A stretch of DNA of 64,000 bases from Actinomycetes bacterium (GCA_024637115.1 JAGXFU010000014.1:6524-70523); one strand, 5' to 3'. Counted from the stretch's first letter, positions 30,151 to 40,777 are shown. Notes: generated from the sequence alone by a model not told the origin. Numbers and translations: made by a program.

Positions 30151-30774
30151 TTACTCAGCTTCCTCGCCGCGTGTCACGAACACATGATCGACAAGGCCAT
30201 ACGCCCGGGCCTCTGCTGCCGTCATGATGTTGTCGCGCTCGGTATCGAAATGAATCTTGTCCGCTGGCTGCCCGGTGTGGTGTGCAAGGATGTCATCGAG
30301 TGCTCCGCGCATACGCAGCATCTCTTTGGCCTGAATCTCGATATCTGTCACCTGGCCCTGCGTGCCACCCCACGGCTGATGTATGAGGATACGACCGTTG
30401 GGGAGTGCCGCGCGCTTGCCAGCTGCGCCAGCCGCAAGCAGGACCGCCGCCATCGACGCGCACTGACCGATGCATATCGTGGCAATATCGCACTTGATGT
30501 ACTGCATCGTGTCGTAGATTGCGAGACCCGCAGTCACGGACCCACCCGGTGAGTTGATATAGAGCTGGATGTCCTTGTCAGAATCATCTGACTCGAGATG
30601 GAGCATCTGGGCGATGATGAGGTTGGCAATCTCGTCGCCGATCTCATGTCCGAGGAAGATCACCCGTTCATTGAGCAATCGCGAGAAGATATCGAAACTG
30701 CGCTCGCCACGCGAGGTCTGCTCGATGACGATGGGGACAAGACCTTGAGCTTCATAACGTGCGTCGCTTGCCAT
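30151..30774 (-). CDS. clpP: ATP-dependent Clp protease proteolytic subunit
   Basis: YINSPGG, CASMAA (Ser), IHQP (His), DTERD. Confidence 0.97.
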   Translation of the reverse strand: MASDARYEAQGLVPIVIEQTSRGERSFDIFSRLLNERVIFLGHEIGDEIANLIIAQMLHLESDDSDKDIQLYINSPGGSVTAGLAIYDTMQYIKCDIATICIGQCASMAAVLLAAGAAGKRAALPNGRILIHQPWGGTQGQVTDIEIQAKEMLRMRGALDDILAHHTGQPADKIHFDTERDNIMTAAEARAYGLVDHVFVTRGEEAE

Positions 30775-30839
30775 TCTGTGGCTCCTTCGAATCAACGAAT
30801 CCGTGACGTGGCTCCACGGGAACGTGGTTGTATGTAGTC

Positions 30840-32177
30840 TTACTTTCCCTCGTCGGCACTCTCTGCCTCGGAAGACTCGTCCTTTTCTATGATTTCAACG
30901 TTCTGCATGAGCCAGAGGACGGCCTTCTTGTGCATGAGCTGCTCGATGATGACCGACATCACGCCGGTCTCTTCCCACTTGGCGCGCAGCTCCGCCACAG
31001 AAGAATCCGAGTCTGACGAGAAGTTTCTGACATCCTCGTCAATGTCCTCGTCAGTCACCGCGAACTCAAGAGCACGGAACAGTGCCTCAAGCGCAAGCTC
31101 TTCACGTACTGCAAGCTCAGCCTGCGCGGCAATGTCGCTCTCAAAGGCCTCTTGAGTCGTACCCGTCTGCACCAGATAATCTGAGAGTGAGAGCTTGTTC
31201 GACTCGAGGTTGTTCGCGAAGTCGCGAACCATCTGACCTTTGACGTTCTCAATCATCGTGGCAGGCACATCGCCCTCAAGTCGCTCAGCGATGGCGGCGC
31301 GTGCACCAGTCTCCAGCAACTGACTCTGTCCCGCCTCTTTCGATGCGTCGAGTTGCGAGCGCACTGAATCACGAAGCTCCTCAAGCGAGTCAAAGCCACC
31401 TACGTTGCTGGCGAACTCATCGTCGATCTCAGGAAGGACCTTCTCCTTGATCTCATGAACCGTCACATCGAAGGTAGCGGTCTTGCCCACGAAATCAGGG
31501 TTGCTCGAAGTGTCCGGTATGTCGAACGCCACCTGTGTCTCGCCACCGGCTTCCACGCCGATGAGGCCCTCGTCGAACTCAACGGGCATCAGGCCGCGAT
31601 TCATCTCATACAGATACTTGTCGACGGTGTTGCCTTCGTACTCCTCGCCGTCGACTTTGCCAACGAATGACACGAGCACAAAGTCATCAATGTCGACTCC
31701 ACGATCCTCGACTACCTCAAGCGACGCGTAGCGCTCTGCGGTGGCCTTGATCTGTGCGTCGATCTCGCGGTCGCTCGCCTTGGACGGCGGAACGGTCACG
31801 CTGAGATTCTCCGTCGAAGAGAGCGTGAGCTCGGGGCGAACCTCGACCTCCGCAACGTAGTTGAACTCGCTACCGGCGACCATGAGATCCAAGTCCTCGA
31901 CCTCGGGCTGTGCGATCGGACGCAGGTTCTCCGCATCGAGCGCCTTACTGTAGGTCTCGGTGAGCAATTCATCCTGCGCATCGGCGACCACAGCCTCACG
32001 ACCCACATGCGTGTCGATGATCGGCTTAGGAGCCTTGCCTGCACGGAACCCGGGAATCTTGATCTTCTTTGCGATGCGCTTGTACGCCGCATCGATTGCC
32101 GCATCGACTTCCTCGACGGGCACGCTGACTGTAAGTTTGACGACGTTTCCGTCCAGCTGCTCAACGCTAGTCTTCAA
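30840..32177 (-). CDS. tig: Trigger factor
   Basis: [14 protein letters not shown]-like domain, upstream of clpPX. Confidence 0.95.
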   Translation of the reverse strand: MKTSVEQLDGNVVKLTVSVPVEEVDAAIDAAYKRIAKKIKIPGFRAGKAPKPIIDTHVGREAVVADAQDELLTETYSKALDAENLRPIAQPEVEDLDLMVAGSEFNYVAEVEVRPELTLSSTENLSVTVPPSKASDREIDAQIKATAERYASLEVVEDRGVDIDDFVLVSFVGKVDGEEYEGNTVDKYLYEMNRGLMPVEFDEGLIGVEAGGETQVAFDIPDTSSNPDFVGKTATFDVTVHEIKEKVLPEIDDEFASNVGGFDSLEELRDSVRSQLDASKEAGQSQLLETGARAAIAERLEGDVPATMIENVKGQMVRDFANNLESNKLSLSDYLVQTGTTQEAFESDIAAQAELAVREELALEALFRALEFAVTDEDIDEDVRNFSSDSDSSVAELRAKWEETGVMSVIIEQLMHKKAVLWLMQNVEIIEKDESSEAESADEGK

Positions 32178-32222
32178 AGGTCCTCCTACGTTTCGACAGG
32201 TCTCCCGGTCGGGATATTACTG

Positions 32223-32307
32223 TGGTGCGGGCGAGAGGACTCGAACCTCCATGAGTTGCCCCACCGGGTCCTAAACCCGGCGCGTCTACCAATTCCGCCA
32301 CGCCCGC
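32223..32307 (-). tRNA. tRNA-Leu(TAG)
   Basis: Anticodon arm CCGGG-TTTAGGA-CCCGG, long variable arm, encoded CCA. Confidence 0.95.
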
Positions 32308-32377
32308 ATCCTGAACGGCTACCAAGTATAGCGAAACGGCCGAGGAGGCGCTCCCCGGCCGCTCGTATCAAGCAAGA

Positions 32378-32453
<76 letters not shown>

Positions 32454-32462
32454 GCGTCAGCG

Positions 32463-32490
32463 ATTGTACCCACTTGCCAAGTAATTGCAA
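32463..32490 (-). promoter_or_regulatory. Promoter for tRNA-Lys
   Basis: TTGCAA-16 nt-TACAAT. Confidence 0.65.
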
Positions 32491-32556
32491 GCCCGCACAT
32501 GTGGTAACGCCTCAAGAGCTGGTCCCACCCGACGGAGACCTGAATTGCCAGGAAAC

Positions 32557-32589
32557 GGAAAAGCCCCCGGGACATACGCCCGGGGGCTT
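32557..32589 (-). terminator. Terminator after the Pro-Gly-Arg-His tRNA cluster
   Basis: AAGCCCCCGGG-7 nt-CCCGGGGGCTT followed by TTCC. Confidence 0.85.
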
Positions 32590-32600
32590 CTCAAATGCAT

Positions 32601-32678
32601 TGGGGTGGGTAACGGGGCTCGAACCCGCGACCTTCGGAGCCACAGTCCGACGCTCTAACCAACTGAGCTACACCCACC
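32601..32678 (-). tRNA. tRNA-His(GTG)
   Basis: Anticodon arm TCGGA-CTGTGGC-TCCGA, encoded G-1, CCA. Confidence 0.95.
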
Positions 32679-32687
32679 GTGAAAACC

Positions 32688-32764
32688 TGGCACGCCCGGA
32701 GGGATTCGAACCCCCGACCTAGAGATTAGAAGTCTCCCGCTCTATCCAGCTGAGCTACGGGCGC
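32688..32764 (-). tRNA. tRNA-Arg(TCT)
   Basis: Anticodon loop CTTCTAA, CCA. Confidence 0.95.
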
Positions 32765-32826
32765 GTACTAAGCGACCGCAGGAGTGCCGAGGAAAGACGG
32801 TACTCTGGGACGCTTTAGGTTGTCAA

Positions 32827-32902
32827 TGGAGCGGCGGACGGGACTCGAACCCGCAACAATCAGCTTGGAAGGCTGATGCTCTACCAATTGAACTACCGCC
32901 GC
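32827..32902 (-). tRNA. tRNA-Gly(TCC)
   Basis: Anticodon arm TCAGC-CTTCCAA-GCTGA, CCA. Confidence 0.95.
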
Positions 32903-32906
32903 ACTC

Positions 32907-32983
32907 TGGTCGGGCCGGCCGGATTCGAACCGGCGGCCCCCTGCTCCCAAAGCAGGTGCGCTACCAAGCTGCGCCACGGCCCG
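32907..32983 (-). tRNA. tRNA-Pro(TGG)
   Basis: Anticodon arm CCTGC-TTTGGGA-GCAGG, CCA. Confidence 0.95.
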
Positions 32984-33037
32984 ACCCATGCTCACAAGCC
33001 GACTCCCTCGCGGGCCATCTGCTTGAAGGCAAGGGAC

Positions 33038-33066
33038 AGTATAGATTCCCGCAAGGAGTCGGGCAA
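33038..33066 (-). promoter_or_regulatory. Promoter for the tRNA cluster
   Basis: TTGCCC-17 nt-TATACT. Confidence 0.65.
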
Positions 33067-33099
33067 ATCCAATCACGAACCCCGCACGAAATCTCTGAC

Positions 33100-33696
33100 T
33101 CAGTCGCGTTCGAGCATCTCGCGAAGCGCGCGCAACGCCGCTCCACGATGACTGATCATGTTCTTCTCCCGGGTGGTGAGTTCGGCCATCGTTCGGCCGG
33201 GTACCGCATCCGGCAAGAACAAGGGGTCATAGCCGAATCCGCCGTTCCCGCGCGCCTCGAATCCAATAGACCCTTCGCACGCGCCCTGCGATACGGTCTC
33301 GTTGCCATCGTCATCGATAAAGACCATCGCGCAGCGAAAGCGGGCGGTGCGCTGAAGTACCGGAGCATCCTGAAGTGCCAGCAGCAGTCTGGAGTTGTTC
33401 TCTGCGTCGCTCGCGCAGGGACCGGCATATCGGCTGGAGTACACACCGGGTTCGCCATCAAGGGCATCGACCTCAAGACCACTATCGTCTGCAAGCGATG
33501 CGAGGCCGGTGTGCTCACGCACCGCCAGCGCCTTGATCCGAGCATTCGCAACGAAGGTCTCGCCTGTTTCCTCGACATCCGGCCACTCGCCGAGTTCCGC
33601 TTCAGAGACGAACTCCCAGCCGGGGAAGGCAAGGGTTGCCCGTATCTCCTCGAGTTTGCCGGGATTCTTGGTTGCGACGACGACCCTACGTGGCAC
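33100..33696 (-). CDS. rdgB: dITP/XTP pyrophosphatase (HAM1 family)
   Basis: ATKNPGK, EETGETFVANA, ADDSGLEVDAL, GFGYDP, SHRG. Confidence 0.95.
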   Translation of the reverse strand: MPRRVVVATKNPGKLEEIRATLAFPGWEFVSEAELGEWPDVEETGETFVANARIKALAVREHTGLASLADDSGLEVDALDGEPGVYSSRYAGPCASDAENNSRLLLALQDAPVLQRTARFRCAMVFIDDDGNETVSQGACEGSIGFEARGNGGFGYDPLFLPDAVPGRTMAELTTREKNMISHRGAALRALREMLERD

Positions 33697-33706
33697 ACCT
33701 TGATCG

Positions 33707-34450
33707 CTAGATCTCAAAGACATCCGTATCCTCCGCAGCCATCCTCTGCTGTAGCGCGACAAGACGATCGACCCCACCGGAGGCAAGATCGAGCATCGCG
33801 TCGAGACGCCCCTTGTCAAACGGCGTGCGCTCGCCTGTGCCCTGCACCTCGATGAAGCGCCCTTTGCCGTCCATCACGATATTCATGTCGACCTCTGCAA
33901 TGCTGTCTTCGGAGTAGTCAAGGTCGAGCAGCAACTCTCCATCGACCATGCCGACCGATGTCGCAGCGACATGATCGAGCAGCGGGATATCAGTGATCTT
34001 GCCTGCATCGCGCCACGTTGAGAGCGCATCAAGAATCGCGATGTATGCACCGGTGATCGCCGCCGTCCTGGTGCCGCCGTCGGCCTGAATCACATCGCAG
34101 TCAATATTGACGGTGTACTCGCCGCCAAGCCCACCCATATCGACGACTGACCGCAAAGAGCGACCGATCAGGCGCTGAATCTCATGCGTGCGACCCCGTG
34201 GGCCGCCACTCGTGGACTCGCGACGTGTACGGGTGTGCGTCGAAGCCGGCATCAATGCGTATTCCGCGGTGACCCATCCCAGACCCTTGCCGCGTCGCCA
34301 TCCGGAAACCCCGTCGGTGATGCTCGCTGCGCACAGCACTCGCGTGTCTCCGAGCTCGAACACGCAACTACCGTGAGCGTGCTTGAGATAGCGCCTCGTC
34401 ACGCGTACCGGTCTCAGTTCGTTCGCCGCTCTGCCTTCGCTTCGTGCCAT
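33707..34450 (-). CDS. rph: Ribonuclease PH
   Basis: GWVTAEY, EIQRLIGRSLR, DCDVIQADGGTRTA, DLDYSED, EVQGTGE. Confidence 0.97.
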   Translation of the reverse strand: MARSEGRAANELRPVRVTRRYLKHAHGSCVFELGDTRVLCAASITDGVSGWRRGKGLGWVTAEYALMPASTHTRTRRESTSGGPRGRTHEIQRLIGRSLRSVVDMGGLGGEYTVNIDCDVIQADGGTRTAAITGAYIAILDALSTWRDAGKITDIPLLDHVAATSVGMVDGELLLDLDYSEDSIAEVDMNIVMDGKGRFIEVQGTGERTPFDKGRLDAMLDLASGGVDRLVALQQRMAAEDTDVFEI

Positions 34451-34453
34451 TGA

Positions 34454-35227
34454 TTACTCCCCTCGCCCGACAGCCAGTGCCGGAATGTCGTAACAGTCCA
34501 ATTCCCGCGCGATATCAACGGGGCCCGAAAAGGCGGAACTCGCCTCGGATTCCATCTCAGCACGATCATTCGTGGGCCACACATGTGTGAGCACCAATCT
34601 TCCTGCGGTCGCTTGATTCGCAAGTTCTCCGGCTTCTCGTGCCGTGAGATGCGGAGCCCGCCCTGCATACTGCTGCGGCAGGGTTGCCTCGGCAAGCAGC
34701 AGCGTGGCTCCTTGAGCCGCCGCGTTCACGCGATCACCCGGTGCGCTGTCAGATGTGTAGCACATCGTTGCCCCCTGATGCTCGACTCTCAGTGCAAACG
34801 TCGGCTCTGAGTGATCGACCGCGCACGGCGTGACCGTGGTCGTCCGAAGGCTGAGCGCCACTCCATCCCGGAGGGTGTGTACACAGAATGCCTCGGCGAA
34901 CTCCTGACGACCGCGCTCACTGAGCAGCAGACCCATTCGCTCGAACAGCCCTTCGGGCACGTATATATCCAGGGGCGCAGCGGGTCCGTCGGGTGCATAA
35001 CGCACGAGGGCTTGCAGCGCGTAGATGTCTGCAAAATGATCAACATGGTCATGCGTGATGAATACGGCGTCAAGTGAGAGCGGATCGATGATCCCTCCGA
35101 GATTGGCGAGCGTACCGTTGCCGCAATCAAGCAGAATAGCGCTGCCACCCGCCTGGATGAGGTAGCCCGCACATGCCTGGCCCGCTCCCGGATACGACGC
35201 CGATGCGCCGAGTATCGTCAGGCGCAT
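34454..35227 (-). CDS. MBL-fold metallohydrolase (RNase Z/cAMP phosphodiesterase-like)
   Basis: THDHVDH, YTSDS, HLTA, LTHVWP; conserved position between murI and rph. Confidence 0.88.
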   Translation of the reverse strand: MRLTILGASASYPGAGQACAGYLIQAGGSAILLDCGNGTLANLGGIIDPLSLDAVFITHDHVDHFADIYALQALVRYAPDGPAAPLDIYVPEGLFERMGLLLSERGRQEFAEAFCVHTLRDGVALSLRTTTVTPCAVDHSEPTFALRVEHQGATMCYTSDSAPGDRVNAAAQGATLLLAEATLPQQYAGRAPHLTAREAGELANQATAGRLVLTHVWPTNDRAEMESEASSAFSGPVDIARELDCYDIPALAVGRGE

Positions 35228-36135
35228 GAGTCGTCCTCTGTACCTGGCCCGCGTGCGAACGCCAGCAATGAGTCGACATCCGGCAGGTCGGCAATGTCCA
35301 CATGCTCTACACGTACGATCGGGCGACGCAACACGCGCGAACCGAACCGTATGAACTCACGGGAATCACCGGTTGTGGCAAACGAGTGCTGGGGTTGTCC
35401 GGACCTCGCTCGCTGATCGCGCCTGTCGAGGGTCTCAGCCACCTCGCGCGCGGTCTCCTCGGCAGAAGAGATAAGCGTGACTCGAGGACCCATCACCTGC
35501 CCGATCGCCGCTGAGAGGAGCGGGAAATGGGTGCAACCAAGGATAAGCGTGTCGATATCGTTGCGCTTGAGCGGATCGAGGTAGTCGCGCGCCAGCTCAT
35601 AGAATGACGAGCGAATCACCACATCCGAGCATTCTGCGAGCCAGTCTTCGAGGGTACCCGGGCCCATCCGCAGACCCGCTTCAACGACATCAACGAACTT
35701 GGGTGTGGGAATCGAGTAGACCGTCACTCCGGCATCGAGTGCTCGGACCGCTGTGCTGTACGAACCCGACTCGACCGTTCCGACGGTGCCGATCACTCCA
35801 ACACTGTGATTCGTAGTGGCCTGCACCGCCGCGCGTGCCCCCGGTTCGATGACTCCCAGCACCGGAACGTCGAACGCTCGCTGGGCGAGCGCGAGTCCTG
35901 CGGCGGTGGCCGTGTTGCACGCGACAACGAGCAGCTTCACATCATGTGCGGCCAGCCACGAGCCGATCTCAAGCACGAACCGACGGACCTCGCCCTGATC
36001 CCGCGGTCCGTAGGGGCAGCGCGCAGTATCCCCGAAGTACACGATCGATTCATGTGGTAGCGCATCCATGATCGCTCGCGCAACGGTGAGGCCACCGAGG
36101 CCACTATCGAAGACGCCGATTGGTCGTTTGTCCAT
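35218..36135 (-). CDS. murI: Glutamate racemase
   Basis: GVFDSGLGG, GDTARCPYG, VACNTAT, LGCTHFP. Confidence 0.97.
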   Translation of the reverse strand: MDKRPIGVFDSGLGGLTVARAIMDALPHESIVYFGDTARCPYGPRDQGEVRRFVLEIGSWLAAHDVKLLVVACNTATAAGLALAQRAFDVPVLGVIEPGARAAVQATTNHSVGVIGTVGTVESGSYSTAVRALDAGVTVYSIPTPKFVDVVEAGLRMGPGTLEDWLAECSDVVIRSSFYELARDYLDPLKRNDIDTLILGCTHFPLLSAAIGQVMGPRVTLISSAEETAREVAETLDRRDQRARSGQPQHSFATTGDSREFIRFGSRVLRRPIVRVEHVDIADLPDVDSLLAFARGPGTEDDSCA

Positions 36136-36200
36136 GCCGAGAAGTATACCCGTGCCGGGGCAGCGGACAGCATGTGTGACGGAGCCGTATACTCTCGAGC

Positions 36201-36635
36201 ATGGACGCTTTGGTGATATGCATCGGGAACAAGGCGCGCGGGGACGACGGCGTAGCCAGACTGGTTGGGGAACTCCTCGAGTCGAGGCTCCCCGCCGGTG
36301 TCACGCTCATCAACGAACCACAGCTCGATATCGTAATGGCCGAGGAGATCGCGCAGGCGCGTTTCGTGGCCTTCGTTGATGCCGAGCGTCGCAACGATCC
36401 GCCCGTGGCGGTAGACGACGTTGTAGCGGGCACAGCAGGCACACACGCACACGCCATCGACCCGCCGGGCCTTCTCTCGCTCGCAACCACCCTCTATGGG
36501 GCCGCTCCCCCGACGGTACTGGTCAGTGTCGCAGGCCCGCACATGGGGCATGGCGAAGGACTCTCACACACAGCACGGGCCGCCTCCGAAGAAGCGGCCC
36601 GCGTTACGCTCGAACTACTTGACCAAACGCGCTAG
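36201..36635 (+). CDS. Hydrogenase maturation endopeptidase (HycI/HoxW/HyaD family)
   Basis: IGNKARGDDGV, FVDA, HAH; adjacent to the [NiFe] hydrogenase genes. Confidence 0.85.
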   Translation: MDALVICIGNKARGDDGVARLVGELLESRLPAGVTLINEPQLDIVMAEEIAQARFVAFVDAERRNDPPVAVDDVVAGTAGTHAHAIDPPGLLSLATTLYGAAPPTVLVSVAGPHMGHGEGLSHTARAASEEAARVTLELLDQTR

Positions 36636-36877
36636 CGTCCCATCGAGTTCCACTGTCGAAGCGCTTCTTCTGCACCCGAAGCGCCCCACATATCGACCAC
36701 TCGCTGATCGCTCGTGATCGCTTTGCACAACTTCTCGTATCCAGTTGCATCCATGCCCATGGTATTGGCGCCGGACGCGTTTGATGCTGAGGCGACGATC
36801 AACATCGCCACCGCCTTGCCGAAACTCGACTCGAGTCTCGTGCGTACATGGTTCTCGAAGGCGGCCTGATACTCCAT
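36632..36877 (-). CDS. Hypothetical 81-aa protein, last gene of the hydrogenase operon
   Basis: ATG directly abuts the large-subunit TAA (TAAATG); purine-rich SD within the upstream gene. Confidence 0.7.
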   Translation of the reverse strand: MEYQAAFENHVRTRLESSFGKAVAMLIVASASNASGANTMGMDATGYEKLCKAITSDQRVVDMWGASGAEEALRQWNSMGR

Positions 36878-38293
36878 TTACACCGCCCCCCTTTCTGCGA
36901 CGACCGTCCCGTCAGGATCGATCATCTCAACAACGAGCGGCATGCGACCAATCTCATGCGTCGCACAGCTGAGACACGGGTCATGCGCTCTGATGCCCAG
37001 CTCCATACGACGAACGGTTGCATCGGACATCGCCTCGTCCTTACCGGCAGAACGCACCGCTTCAAGAACGACTCCGTCAAGCGAGGCCACATTATGCGTG
37101 GTCGCAACGATGAGATTCGCGGCAGTGACGCGCCCGACGTCATCGGCCTCGTAGTGATGAATAAGCGTGCCCCGGGGTGCTTCGATCGAAGCGATTCCCG
37201 TTCCCGGACCGCGCTCCACCTTGACGCGCACGTTATCGGAGCAGATCTCGGGATCGGAAAGGATCGTTTCCATCTTTTCGTAGCAAGCGACCAGTTCGAT
37301 CATGCGAGCCCAGTGATAGGCGAGCACCGCATGAACCGGACGTCCAAGCTCTGAGCGGAAGGCCGCGAGCATCTCGCTCGAGACGGGCCCGGGCATAGAC
37401 TCAGCGAGGTTCAGTCGCGCCAGAGGACCAACGCGATACGATCCGCGCTCCGGTCCACGCGACGTGAGGAACGGTGACTTCGCATAGCTATAGGGCAGTA
37501 CGCGCTCGGTGATGCGATTCATGTAGTCCGAGGCATCGAAGCGATCTTCGATTCGTCCATCCTCGGCCATCACAGCGATTGAGCCGTCATAGAGCTCAAA
37601 CTCTCCGTTGGCTCCGAGTGTGGACATCAATGGCATTGGCGTACGGCCGTATCCGTCGTTCGCATCGAGTAGCCGGAGCGTAGACTCGCGTGCGAGATCG
37701 GCAGCCGCCACCGCATCAGACATGCCGTCGTGAACCATCTCAAGCATCTCGTCGCGCTGTTCGGCGGTGATGCCCTTGCTCATGCCGCCCGGTATCGCCG
37801 TGACCGGATGACTTGAACGTCCACCGACCATCTTGACGATGGTCTGCCCTGTCTTGCGCAGATGGATTGCTCGTGCAGCCAGGTCGGGACGCGCCTGGAT
37901 GACCCCAAGGATGTCCCGACTACCCGCGCCGTCACCGGTGAGGAAATCGGGTCCTGCGAGGAAGAAGAAGTGCAGCGCATGATCTTGCGACGTGGCACCG
38001 AGATGCATGAGTTCGCGAAGCAGTCGCGCAGCCCTCGGAATCTCGACGCCATACAGGGCGTCTACCGCCTTGACCGCTGCGAGATGGTGAGTCACCGGAC
38101 ACACGCCGCAGATGCGACTCGTGATGAGCGGCATCTCCCAAATCATCCGACCCTTGAGCATCTTCTCGAAACCACGGAACTCTGTGATATCGAAGTGGGC
38201 GTTCTCTACCTGGCCACTGTCATCGAGGAACAACGAGACTCGGCCATGGCCTTCGATACGTTTGACGGACGGGAGTCTGACGACCTCAGGCAT
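36878..38293 (-). CDS. mvhA: [NiFe]-hydrogenase large subunit, group 3c (MvhA-like)
   Basis: RIEGHG, EFRGFEK, L1 RICGVC, L2 DPCLSCATH plus a 25-aa cleavable tail, [11 protein letters not shown]. Confidence 0.88.
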   Translation of the reverse strand: MPEVVRLPSVKRIEGHGRVSLFLDDSGQVENAHFDITEFRGFEKMLKGRMIWEMPLITSRICGVCPVTHHLAAVKAVDALYGVEIPRAARLLRELMHLGATSQDHALHFFFLAGPDFLTGDGAGSRDILGVIQARPDLAARAIHLRKTGQTIVKMVGGRSSHPVTAIPGGMSKGITAEQRDEMLEMVHDGMSDAVAAADLARESTLRLLDANDGYGRTPMPLMSTLGANGEFELYDGSIAVMAEDGRIEDRFDASDYMNRITERVLPYSYAKSPFLTSRGPERGSYRVGPLARLNLAESMPGPVSSEMLAAFRSELGRPVHAVLAYHWARMIELVACYEKMETILSDPEICSDNVRVKVERGPGTGIASIEAPRGTLIHHYEADDVGRVTAANLIVATTHNVASLDGVVLEAVRSAGKDEAMSDATVRRMELGIRAHDPCLSCATHEIGRMPLVVEMIDPDGTVVAERGAV

Positions 38294-39170
38294 CCTCATC
38301 ACCCCCATGGTCGTAGGCTTCTGGGAACACGGACACCGGCATCGAGAATCGATATCCGGTGCCGACTAGATCGTCAAGGAACATGATGGCTCCTGCCGGT
38401 AGCACCGCTGCAAGCGCATCGATCATCTTGGCACCCTGTTCAAAATCGTGACGGCTCGGGCCATGGCACCCGCGGCACGGAACGCCTGCACCCGTGCAGA
38501 GCGCGCCGCAACCTTCTCGGGTCATCGGCCCCATGCAGATGACGCCCTGTTCCAGGAAACACAGTGCCGGATCGATCTCATCAAGTTCCATGATCCCGTA
38601 CACGGCATCCGTGAGGAACTCCGCTGTCGGCTCGAGCAGTGCTCGCTTCTCGCGAGCGCACTCGTCGCACAAGTTGCGTCGAGGCAGATCCAAATCCCGC
38701 CCTTCGACCACGTTGGTCAGAGCCGAGATGATCGCCTCAGTCTCCGGCGCACAGCCAGGGATCGAGATATCGACCTCAACGACGTCAGAGAGCGCCTTGA
38801 CGCGACGGGTCAGCTTGGGCAGCCCTTCGCTGGGCTTGTCCTCACCGTAGACGTCTTCGAGCACTTCTCGCGTGGGATACAAGTTGCGCAGCCCACCGAT
38901 GCCTCCGAGAACCGCACAAGATCCCAACGCGATAAGTGTCTTGGATGCAGCGCGCGCGGCGAGCAGCTTTCGCTCGTCCATTTCAGTCGTGACAGCACCT
39001 TCCACGATAACGACATCACATTCAGTCAAGTCGTCCTCTGCGAGAATCGGAGAAGCGACCAACTCAACCTTGCCGAGGAGGTCTAGAAGGCCCTCGCCAG
39101 CGTCGAGCAGGGAAACGTAGCATCCCTCGCAGCCACCAAGAACGACGTGAGCCAATCTCGGTTTACTCAT
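38286..39170 (-). CDS. mvhG: [NiFe]-hydrogenase small subunit (MvhG-like)
   Basis: GCEGC, GSCA, PGCAP, CDEC, CFLEQG, CMGPMT, GCGALC, PCRGCHG. Confidence 0.88.
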   Translation of the reverse strand: MSKPRLAHVVLGGCEGCYVSLLDAGEGLLDLLGKVELVASPILAEDDLTECDVVIVEGAVTTEMDERKLLAARAASKTLIALGSCAVLGGIGGLRNLYPTREVLEDVYGEDKPSEGLPKLTRRVKALSDVVEVDISIPGCAPETEAIISALTNVVEGRDLDLPRRNLCDECAREKRALLEPTAEFLTDAVYGIMELDEIDPALCFLEQGVICMGPMTREGCGALCTGAGVPCRGCHGPSRHDFEQGAKMIDALAAVLPAGAIMFLDDLVGTGYRFSMPVSVFPEAYDHGGDEDA

Positions 39171-40777
39171 TGCGGGCCTCCTTTCCCATTGTCGAAACTA
39201 CCGATACTGGTGAATACCTCATTGACCTGTTCAACGAATCTCTCGCCCTCGAATGGGGAGATATCGATGATTCGCAAACGCCCGTCGTCGATGTTGCGAG
39301 AACGAAGGACCGTGCGCAGCAGGTTGATTCGGCGATCCATGTCAAGATTGCCGATGAGATTGTGGCAGTGGCCCTCGCGGCACCTGAAAACGGTAACGCC
39401 GTCAAAGCCCTGCTTGAACGCCTCAAGCACATAAAGCGTATCGAGTCGTCCTCCACAGGGAATGCGGATCGGCAGGAATGAAGCCGGATACGATCCGTTG
39501 CCTGCCTGAACAGACACGCTCGCATGATCGCCTGCAGGATAACCACATCCGCCGCATAGGAATCCGACAACTTTGTCCCCGCCCTGCGTATCTACCTCCG
39601 CAAGCGTGCGAATGGCTCCAATGAGGTAGTCATGCGGTGAGTTCACGATATCCCGCGCACCCACAGGGCAGGAGACTACGCATTTCCCACAACCCCGGCA
39701 GCGACGAATATCCACATGGGACAGACCGTCCTCACCAATGCTGCAAGCTCCGAATGCGCATGTCTTTACGCACGATGCGCACCCACCGCAGAGCGTCTCA
39801 TCGACCTGCGAGACATCAACGAAGTGGACGGTCTTGGGTTGCGAGAGCTTCAACACAAGAGCGAGCGCCGCAGAATCGGCGGCTGACACCTTTGTTGCAA
39901 TCTCTTCTGAGGCCCCGCGAATCGGCACGACCATGATGCCCGAGTCGACTGTTTCGGCAGGATGCGTACTTGGATCAATGGATCGCGCACGACCCTGATC
40001 ATCGATGTCAACCTTGAAGTGCTGACGCAACTCCTCGATCCACCCCGGTTCATCGGGGCGCGCAAGCAGCAAGCCGCCCACTCTGAACATCGCACTGCCC
40101 GTTGGAGCAGCCAGAGTGACGGAGTAGTCTCCGAGCCATCCGCTGCCATCAGAGAGACGGGCATCATCCACAAACTCAGCATTCGGGTGACCCGATACGA
40201 ACGATACGGTCGCCTTGAGATTCGCGCTGTCCTGGACACTTCGAAGGCCGGCTCCCCTGTCGGCAACGACGACCTTATAGCCGAGTTGCAGGAGTCGCTG
40301 AGCGGCAACCATGCCCTCAGTCGTGGCGCCAAGGATCAGAACCGAATGCTTTGGGTCGGTCTCGATGCCCTCAACGACCGGTGCCAGCGTTGCCCGCAGA
40401 CTGGCAACCTGAATCAGGGCTCGTGCCTTCGAGGTGGCGCCCACCGGATCGTCTGCGTGCACCAAGGCGACCTGCTCAAGGACATTAGCCGCAATCACAC
40501 GATTCGGATTGAGCCCCGCGTCGATCAGTCTCTGCTTGAGGTGTTGCCCCGAAAGACTCCGGGTGTAGTGCTCGATGGAATGCCCCGCGAGTACCACAGC
40601 ATCGAGATCGGCGTCGGAGATATCGCGAATCATCCGTTCTTGAGCGGCAGGATCGAAGAAGTCTTCAAAGACCCTTACGACCGCCGCTGTCTCATCCATG
40701 CCCTCGATCGCGGCGTCAACATCGACGATACCGTCGAGCTGACCCGAGCACCGGGACACATACAGGCCTAGTGGCAC
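39167..40777 (-). CDS. Degenerate HdrA/QmoB-like scaffold fused to a 2x[4Fe-4S] ferredoxin and an MvhD [2Fe-2S] domain
   Basis: HdrA-like GLNPN, NVLEQVALVH and ATSKA; CGGCASCVKTC and CRGCGKCVVSC; MvhD GFLCGGC, RIPCGGR, CREGHCH. Confidence 0.8.
   Translation of the reverse strand: MPLGLYVSRCSGQLDGIVDVDAAIEGMDETAAVVRVFEDFFDPAAQERMIRDISDADLDAVVLAGHSIEHYTRSLSGQHLKQRLIDAGLNPNRVIAANVLEQVALVHADDPVGATSKARALIQVASLRATLAPVVEGIETDPKHSVLILGATTEGMVAAQRLLQLGYKVVVADRGAGLRSVQDSANLKATVSFVSGHPNAEFVDDARLSDGSGWLGDYSVTLAAPTGSAMFRVGGLLLARPDEPGWIEELRQHFKVDIDDQGRARSIDPSTHPAETVDSGIMVVPIRGASEEIATKVSAADSAALALVLKLSQPKTVHFVDVSQVDETLCGGCASCVKTCAFGACSIGEDGLSHVDIRRCRGCGKCVVSCPVGARDIVNSPHDYLIGAIRTLAEVDTQGGDKVVGFLCGGCGYPAGDHASVSVQAGNGSYPASFLPIRIPCGGRLDTLYVLEAFKQGFDGVTVFRCREGHCHNLIGNLDMDRRINLLRTVLRSRNIDDGRLRIIDISPFEGERFVEQVNEVFTSIGSFDNGKGGPQ

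Noticed and set aside
32520-32548. TTCAGGTCTCCGTCGGGTGGGACCA resembling a tRNA 3' end or att scar between the His and Lys tRNAs
   Set aside because: Spacing between the T-loop-like part and ACCA is 14 nt rather than 12; it matches no tRNA in the cluster and no integrase is nearby
36878-40777. Selenocysteine-containing hydrogenase/Hdr subunits
   Set aside because: All ligand positions are Cys and the ORFs have no in-frame UGA
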